Shown one piece after another: positions 18,069-22,408 of a DNA stretch of 22,408 nucleotides. Where the stretch lies: the IMG/VR virus record IMGVR_UViG_2869970738_000007; one strand, written 5' to 3'. Within the stretch, counting starts at the first letter, position 1, and each line of letters opens with the position of its first letter. The translations under genes and the position numbers were made by a program. The stretch is from a virus. Lineage: Duplodnaviria > Heunggongvirae > Uroviricota > Caudoviricetes. Under the pieces are notes generated by a model. It worked only from the letters and a program-made list of their open reading frames with translations, was not told where the DNA came from and did no database searches.

Positions 18069-18194
18069 ATGTTAACTGCTGCCTGGTTAACATTTTCTGA
18101 AAAAGCCAGTTAACATTTTTTTTCGCACAACAAACTGAATAATAAAGATAAAAACCGCAAAAATACCCGGACAGCCAGTTAACATGTTAACTGG
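18069..18194. promoter_or_regulatory. Candidate cos / terminase-recognition region with repeated GTTAAC-centred motifs
   Basis: Five occurrences of about 10 bp (C)CAGTTAACAT or its complement at 18069-18078, 18084-18095, 18106-18116, 18175-18185 and 18184-18194, including the perfect 20-bp palindrome CCAGTTAACATGTTAACTGG at 18175-18194. Lies in the 290-bp gap between HNH and TerS. Confidence 0.45.
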
Positions 18195-18284
18195 CCTGAA
18201 ACGGGAATTTTTTCTCTGCGTGAGAGGGGGCGCGGTGTCCAAAGCGATCGTTTTTTACGCCGGATGATACCCCCCGGGGTCGGG

Positions 18285-18650
18285 TTACAGTCCGATGATG
18301 TCGTCCTCTCTGCCACTACCTCCGGACACCTCCGGCAGCGTCGGATCCGGCATATCACTCGCCGCTTCACGAGCAGACTTTTGTCGATGGCATTCGGTAC
18401 AGAGCGTCCAGAGATTCGTCTCCTCATTACCACCACCGAACTGAAGTGCAATTCGGTGATCGAGTTCACTGTCACAGAGGTCAACCACACGACCACAGAG
18501 ACGGCACTGCCCGGTGTCCCTGAGCCAGATATGACGCTTGAGGGAAACACGTGCACTGCCACTGACACGACGCTGTTCACCCTTCAGAATATTCACCCGT
18601 CGGGTATTCAGTGTTTTGATTCTGCTCTGGAGTGTACGAAGCTCAGCCAT
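18285..18650 (-). CDS. Phage HNH endonuclease (packaging-associated)
   Basis: 121 aa, ATG at 18650. HNH-type motif CRLCGRVVDLCDSELDHRIALQFGGGNEETNLWTLCTECH; location next to cos and TerS is typical of HK97-like cos phages. Confidence 0.85.
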   Translation of the reverse strand: MAELRTLQSRIKTLNTRRVNILKGEQRRVSGSARVSLKRHIWLRDTGQCRLCGRVVDLCDSELDHRIALQFGGGNEETNLWTLCTECHRQKSAREAASDMPDPTLPEVSGGSGREDDIIGL

Positions 18651-18691
18651 GTAAAATCCCCGTCATATGGCAATCAGTAAAGGAAATAAAT

Positions 18692-18892
18692 ATGTCATCG
18701 AAAAACCGTACCCGCAGAACCACAACCCGCAATATCCGTTTCCCCAATCACATGATTGAACAGATCAACATCGCCCTTGAGCATAAAGGGTCCGGTAACT
18801 TTTCAGCGTGGGTTATTGAAGCCTGCAGGAGAAGGCTGGCAACAGATGCAACGCATCTGCGCCCGGCCAGCATGACAAATAACGAGAAATGA
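18692..18892 (+). CDS. Small phage protein, YlcI/YnfO-like (DUF3950-type, family recalled from memory)
   Basis: ATG at 18692 with AAGGAAA upstream; 66-aa translation MSSKNRTRRTTTRNIRFPNHMIEQINIALEHKGSGNFSAWVIEACRRRL.... Divergent from the HNH gene with only 41 bp between the two starts. Confidence 0.5.
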   Translation: MSSKNRTRRTTTRNIRFPNHMIEQINIALEHKGSGNFSAWVIEACRRRLATDATHLRPASMTNNEK

Positions 18893-19023
18893 ACGTTCGG
18901 TTACAGGAGCAGGTACCCACTGTCCTCCAACAATATTTCATCTTCATATCCGACGGAACAAGACTTACCCTGCCGGGATGTACAGAATAACAACAGAGTG
19001 ATAATTAATTTCTGATGAAATAA

Positions 19024-19350
19024 TCAGGGTGCGGAAGGACTAAAGATAAACGTTTTCTTCACGCCTTTACACGGCCTGTCCTTCTCAAATCGCCATTTTG
19101 CCATCGCCTTTACAACCTGCTCATCAAACAGATGGTGCGGCTCTGAACGAATAAACTCAATTCGGGTGACAGTACCATCAGCACCAATATCAAACCTCAC
19201 ATCAACCCGTCCCTTTATATAATTTGCCGCTGCATAGGCCGGATATTGTGGTAATGCCTTAACCAACTGTCGGGGCATATCTGTTTTATGTTGCGTACAG
19301 CCCATAACCAGAGAAGACAACAAAATAATTAACGGAAGATTTCTTTTCAT
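19024..19350 (-). CDS. Prophage-encoded lipoprotein with a TonB C-terminal-like domain
   Basis: ATG at 19350 with GGGGA six nt upstream. Signal peptide and lipobox MKRNLPLIILLSSLVMGC, Thr at +2. Mature part LPQYPAYAAANYIKGRVDVRFDIGADGTVTRIEFIRSEPHHLFDEQVVKAMAKWRFE aligns by eye to the TonB C-terminal domain (YPA..A...G.V.V.FD...DG.V....S.P..F...V..AM..WR.E). Confidence 0.6.
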   Translation of the reverse strand: MKRNLPLIILLSSLVMGCTQHKTDMPRQLVKALPQYPAYAAANYIKGRVDVRFDIGADGTVTRIEFIRSEPHHLFDEQVVKAMAKWRFEKDRPCKGVKKTFIFSPSAP

Positions 19351-19688
19351 TTTCATTCCCCGCACAGATAAAAATAAGTCTTATTCTAACAATGCCGCCC
19401 TGTCGGTCATCAATCCTCTGCTTAATGGCAACGACAATTATCCGACTTAAATCACAAATCAGACACATGACATAACAGGGCTTGCGAGGTAACACATCGT
19501 CCTGTTTCTTCCACCATCGCACCGGACTGGCGACTATGAGGGGACAACGCCGCGCTCCGTTAACGCGGTAAACCCCGGTGTGTATCGTTTTAGATTATCC
19601 CCGCACACTCGCGCAGAGGAGTCTCCCTGTCGGGCTGCGGTCTCTGTTAATGAGGGAATACAGCGACGATACGGCGCATCAGCAAAAC

Positions 19689-20156
19689 TTAGTTCAGGCA
19701 CTGAGTGCGGATATAGTCCTGTGCCCCTTCCAGCTGCTTCTGCATTGTCATCAACCGTTCTCTGAGGATGAAATAATCCCGTTCAGCGGTGTCTGCCAGT
19801 CGGGGGCCGGTTGCATTATCCACGCCGGAGGTGCCGGTGGCTTCACGCACGGTACCGGAGCAGGTGGCGTTGATCCGCAGGCGCTTACGACCAGCGGCAA
19901 CATCAGCACGCAGAGTTTCATTTTCAGCTCTCGCATCGGCTAATTCCCTCGAGTATCTGGCATCAAGTGCAGCGACATCACGCTGGCGTATCTGCATATC
20001 AGTAATTGTCGCGTTCGCCAGCTCCAGCTCACTGGCTTTTTTATCGCGCTGCTCTTTGTAGATGATGGCGTGAACACGGTAATGATTCAGCCCCAGACTA
20101 AGCGCACCACAGGCCACCAGCAGGGCAATGATGACCACGCACAAAACACGGTTCAT
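19689..20156 (-). CDS. Rz (i-spanin) lysis protein
   Basis: ATG at 20156; translation MNRVLCVVIIALLVACGALSLGLNHYRVHAIIYKEQRDKKASELELANATITDMQIRQRDVAALDARY... is close to lambda Rz. Confidence 0.9.
   Translation of the reverse strand: MNRVLCVVIIALLVACGALSLGLNHYRVHAIIYKEQRDKKASELELANATITDMQIRQRDVAALDARYSRELADARAENETLRADVAAGRKRLRINATCSGTVREATGTSGVDNATGPRLADTAERDYFILRERLMTMQKQLEGAQDYIRTQCLN
19751..19936 (-). CDS. Rz1 (o-spanin) lipoprotein, embedded in the +1 frame of Rz
   Basis: ATG at 19936; translation MRELKMKLCVLMLPLVVSACGSTPPAPVPCVKPPAPPAWIMQPAPDWQTPLNGIIS is a proline-rich lipoprotein close to lambda Rz1. Confidence 0.85.
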   Translation of the reverse strand: MRELKMKLCVLMLPLVVSACGSTPPAPVPCVKPPAPPAWIMQPAPDWQTPLNGIISSSENG

Positions 20157-20157
20157 A

Positions 20158-20271
20158 TCACCACCAACGGATTGCCCAGACCAGAACAGCAATTGCCACA
20201 ATACGAATGGCAAAAGCTGCCGCTCTTGTTAAATCCAGACTGGCTGGCGTCTCCACTTCAATGCCTTTCAT
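20158..20271 (-). CDS. Hypothetical 37-aa hydrophobic peptide immediately upstream of Rz
   Basis: Hand-translated: ATG at 20271-20269 with GAGG nine nt upstream; MKGIEVETPASLDLTRAAAFAIRIVAIAVLVWAIRWW; its stop TGA at 20160-20158 sits one base before the Rz ATG (TGAtATG). Too short to appear in the supplied ORF track. Confidence 0.3.
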   Translation of the reverse strand: MKGIEVETPASLDLTRAAAFAIRIVAIAVLVWAIRWW

Positions 20272-20491
20272 AATGGACAACCTCAGAAAGAATCTTTTAT
20301 ACTTCCTCACAGGGAAAGCACCTCCCTCACCATAATTTCTCCCTTGCCTTACTCAAGGTCAGAAAACACAAAACCCCGCTTGCTGCCAACAAACGGGGTT
20401 TTTACTTTTATTCACTTAGGTTTTGCCAGTTCACAGGACTTCGTGTTATCCGCCCGCGTGAGCAAGCGTCATTTTTCAGCAAAATATTCTG

Positions 20492-21025
20492 CTACCTGTC
20501 GATACCCCAGCACGCCAGCGCGCTCTCCTGGTCACGCCGCGATACCTGCCCGTAACAGTTATTTGAGCGGTTCCGACAGTCCCTGCCGCCGTCATATATC
20601 CAGCGACGAATTTCAGCACATGCACCTTTCCGGTCTCCGGCGTTCAGTTTCCGGTAAAACGTTGAGCTGAAACACTTACCGGGGCCAATGTTGTACGGAC
20701 AGAATGACGCGATCCCCGATTTCTGAGGTTCGGTCAGCGGCACTTTGATGTTTTTCTCCACCCATGCCAGCGCCTTATCACGTTCAATGGCGTTAACCTG
20801 GTCGCATTTCTCCTTCGACAACTTCATGCCCGGGACGACAGGTTTACCATCCACCAGAATGGCACCGCGGCAGATGGTCCAGATACCCGCGCCATCACGG
20901 TATGCCGTGGTGTGGTTACCTTCCTTTTCATCCAGAAACTGGTCGAGAATGTCAGGCGCAGGCGCACCAGCGGCAATCAGCGCCAGAACGGCAGCCGACA
21001 GGCCGTATCTGATTTTTGCGTTCAT
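20492..21025 (-). CDS. Phage endolysin, lysozyme type with an N-terminal signal-arrest-release-like segment
   Basis: ATG at 21025; N-terminus MNAKIRYGLSAAVLALIAAGAPAP is Gly/Ala-rich and weakly hydrophobic; lysozyme-like body ...EKEGNHTTAYRDGAGIWTICRGA.... Confidence 0.9.
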   Translation of the reverse strand: MNAKIRYGLSAAVLALIAAGAPAPDILDQFLDEKEGNHTTAYRDGAGIWTICRGAILVDGKPVVPGMKLSKEKCDQVNAIERDKALAWVEKNIKVPLTEPQKSGIASFCPYNIGPGKCFSSTFYRKLNAGDRKGACAEIRRWIYDGGRDCRNRSNNCYGQVSRRDQESALACWGIDR

Positions 21026-21130
21026 GGATATTTATCAGGATTTATCGGTTTCTGAGCCCTGGATATGTTTATCAGTTCCAGCCTGTTGCCTCAGGCTGCT
21101 AACAGGTCAATACAATCATGAGGATTATTT

Positions 21131-21403
21131 ATGGACAATAACACCATTTCTCTACAGGAGTTGCTCGACAGCATTTCCAGGCTTCGGGAAGACGTGAATA
21201 CCCTTACCGTCGCCTTCTCATATCTGGCATTCTCAATTCCAAGGGAACAGATGCAATCAACGCTGGCATCAATCCAGTTTGAATCATGCAATCCCAAATG
21301 GTCTCAGGAACAACAAGACTCTTTCAGGCGGCTTGCTGTATTACTGGATGAAAAATATGCTGGTAAAATTACCATTTCGGCGGACTCTTCAGAGAACCCG
21401 TAA
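21131..21403 (+). CDS. Hypothetical 90-aa protein, antisense to the late (lysis) operon
   Basis: ATG at 21131 with GAGGA six nt upstream, TAA at 21401. Translation MDNNTISLQELLDSISRLREDVNTLTVAFSYLAFSIPREQMQSTLASIQFESCNPKWSQEQQDSFRRLAVLLDEKYAGKITISADSSENP is helical and soluble-looking; no family recognised. Its 3' end overlaps the YdfR-like gene convergently. Confidence 0.35.
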   Translation: MDNNTISLQELLDSISRLREDVNTLTVAFSYLAFSIPREQMQSTLASIQFESCNPKWSQEQQDSFRRLAVLLDEKYAGKITISADSSENP

Positions 21404-21713
21404 TTATTCCCGGTAGTTTTCCTCTGTAGGTTATCAACACATCCTGCGCCTCTAAAATTACGGGGCGCTTTTCCGGCGACTGCTCATCCCCTTCACATAA
21501 CCCGGCAGCAACATCCAGGAAGACCTGTCTGATGCTCCTTCTGGCTGCTGCCTCATAAAACTCCAGCGCGGCACCTTCAACACGGTCCAGCGAGATGTCC
21601 AGGTCAAAAATTTCACCGTCAAAGCGTTTTTTGTCCCGTAACGCTAAAGTTACCGTAACTTTATTCTCAAAATTGCGGATCCCTTTCACAATCAGTTCAT
21701 AGTTTTGAGTCAT
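21369..21713 (-). CDS. YdfR-like phage protein (DUF1327-type, family recalled from memory), the gene normally found between holin and endolysin
   Basis: ATG at 21713 with GGAGAG upstream; translation MTQNYELIVKGIRNFENKVTVTLALRDKKRFDGEIFDLDISLDRVEGAALEFYEAAARRSIRQVFLDVAAGL.... The track ORF extends upstream with no plausible start. Confidence 0.6.
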   Translation of the reverse strand: MTQNYELIVKGIRNFENKVTVTLALRDKKRFDGEIFDLDISLDRVEGAALEFYEAAARRSIRQVFLDVAAGLCEGDEQSPEKRPVILEAQDVLITYRGKLPGIITGSLKSPPKW

Positions 21714-21775
21714 TGAATTACTCTCCCCGTGCAGCCTTACGACGGTCCTCTCTGATTTTGAAATACAGGTTAGTC

Positions 21776-22077
21776 TGAAGTGGCACACTGAATTTGGCCA
21801 CCTGAACAGAGGTGATATGCTCACCTCAGAACAACACAGGTGCTCCAATGAAAAAAAGAAATTTTAGCGCAGAGTTTAAACGCGAATCCGCTCAACTGGT
21901 TGTTGACCAGAAATACACGGTGGCAGATGCCGCCAAAGCTATGGATGTTGGCCTTTCCACAATGACAAGATGGGTCAAACAACTGCGTGATGAGCGTCAG
22001 GGCAAAACACCAAAAGCCTCTCCGATAACACCAGAACAAATCGAAATACGTAAGCTGAGGAAAAAGCTACAACGCAT
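21776..22077 (+). mobile_element. IS911-like (IS3 family) left-end fragment, truncated by IS1 copy 4
   Basis: Begins TGAAGTGGCACACTGAATTTGGCC at 21776 (IS3-family TG terminus); contains the 5' part of orfA; ends abruptly at the IS1 terminal repeat. Confidence 0.75.
21848..22077 (+). pseudogene. IS911-like transposase OrfA, truncated
   Basis: ATG at 21848; translation [76 protein letters not shown], then reads into IS1. Confidence 0.7.
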
Positions 22078-22408
22078 GGTGATGCTGCCAACTTACTGAT
22101 TTAGTGTATGATGGTGTTTTTGAGGTGCTCCAGTGGCTTCTGTTTCTATCAGCTGTCCCTCCTGTTCAGCTACTGACGGGGTGGTGCGTAACGGCAAAAG
22201 CACTGCCGGACATCAGCGCTATCTCTGCTCTCACTGCCGTAAAACATGGCAACTGCAGTTCACTTACACCGCTTCTCAACCCGGTACGCACCAGAAAATT
22301 ATTGATATGGCCATGAATGGCGTTGGATGCCGGGCAACTGCACGCATTATGGGCGTTAGCCTCAACACGATTTTACGTCACTTAAAAAACTCAGGCCGCA
22401 GTCGGTAA
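22078..22408 (+). mobile_element. IS1 (copy 4), left part only; continues past the window end
   Basis: Terminal repeat GGTGATGCTGCCAACTTACTGAT begins at 22078; internal sequence matches copies 1 and 3. Confidence 0.9.
22133..22408 (+). CDS. insA: IS1 InsA, GTG start
   Basis: Translation (M)[42 protein letters not shown]...; 91 aa, ends at the window edge. Confidence 0.9.
   Translation: MASVSISCPSCSATDGVVRNGKSTAGHQRYLCSHCRKTWQLQFTYTASQPGTHQKIIDMAMNGVGCRATARIMGVSLNTILRHLKNSGRSR

Noticed and set aside
18179-18680. ORFs 18179..18580 (minus) and 18264..18680 (plus) overlapping the HNH gene
   Set aside because: The HNH frame 18285..18650 carries the diagnostic motif; the others are overlapping alternative frames.
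19286-19522. 78-aa minus-strand ORF overlapping the 5' end of the lipoprotein gene
   Set aside because: Different frame from the lipoprotein, which has a clear signal peptide and domain; no start signal.
19578-20061. Plus-strand ORFs 19578..19943, 19580..19765 and 19789..20061 antisense to Rz
   Set aside because: Rz and Rz1 on the minus strand match lambda proteins closely; these are shadows.
20157-20213. Extended Rz start (MPFVLWQLLFWSGQSVGGD...) implied by track ORF 19689..20213
   Set aside because: Lambda-type Rz begins at the MNRV... methionine (ATG 20156); the extension has no start signal and overlaps the small upstream ORF.
21091-21297. 68-aa minus-strand ORF between the YdfR-like gene and endolysin
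   Set aside because: Cys-rich low-complexity translation with no ribosome-binding site; it overlaps the more protein-like plus-strand 90-aa ORF, which I favour, though neither is confirmed.
21714-21848. Upstream extension of the YdfR-like ORF ([21 protein letters not shown]...)
   Set aside because: This stretch is the IS911-like terminus read in antisense; the ribosome-binding site and ATG at 21713 give the conserved MTQNYELIVKG start.
1-22408. Looked for CRISPR arrays, tRNA or rRNA genes, and integrase/attachment sites
   Set aside because: No short regularly spaced direct repeats, no cloverleaf-like or rRNA-like sequence, and no integrase ORF recognised. The only repeats are IS termini, target duplications, the 162-bp tandem repeat and the cos-region motifs.

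Overview
Enterobacterial (E. coli/Shigella-type) chromosomal window in two parts. (1) Positions 1-7829 are a conserved core locus: an OmpC/OmpF-family porin gene (yedS-like) broken into three pieces by nested IS2 and IS1 insertions, each with intact target-site duplications, followed by yedR, yedJ, dcm, vsr and yedA. (2) Positions 7830-22408 are an IS-bounded, decayed HK97-like cos-type prophage remnant. On the minus strand, reading from high to low coordinates: YdfR-like gene, SAR endolysin, Rz with embedded Rz1, a TonB-C-domain lipoprotein, HNH endonuclease, cos region, TerS, TerL, frameshifted prohead protease, an IS1 insertion, major capsid protein, frameshifted portal, a tandem-repeat protein, three neck genes, and a major tail gene truncated by a divergent IS1. 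The holin position is occupied by an IS911-like fragment that is itself cut by a fourth IS1. I recognised no rRNA, tRNA or CRISPR array, and I do not see a convincing multi-gene novel defence system. The most interesting items are single-gene candidates and structural oddities: the TonB-C-domain lipoprotein moron, a 37-aa hydrophobic ORF in an unusual gap between endolysin and Rz, a 90-aa antisense ORF in the lysis cassette, a non-canonical head-gene order (TerL-protease-MCP-portal), in-frame continuity between protease and capsid once the IS1 is removed in silico, and a cos region with repeated GTTAAC-centred motifs. All family assignments are from reading the translations against remembered families; no database search was run.
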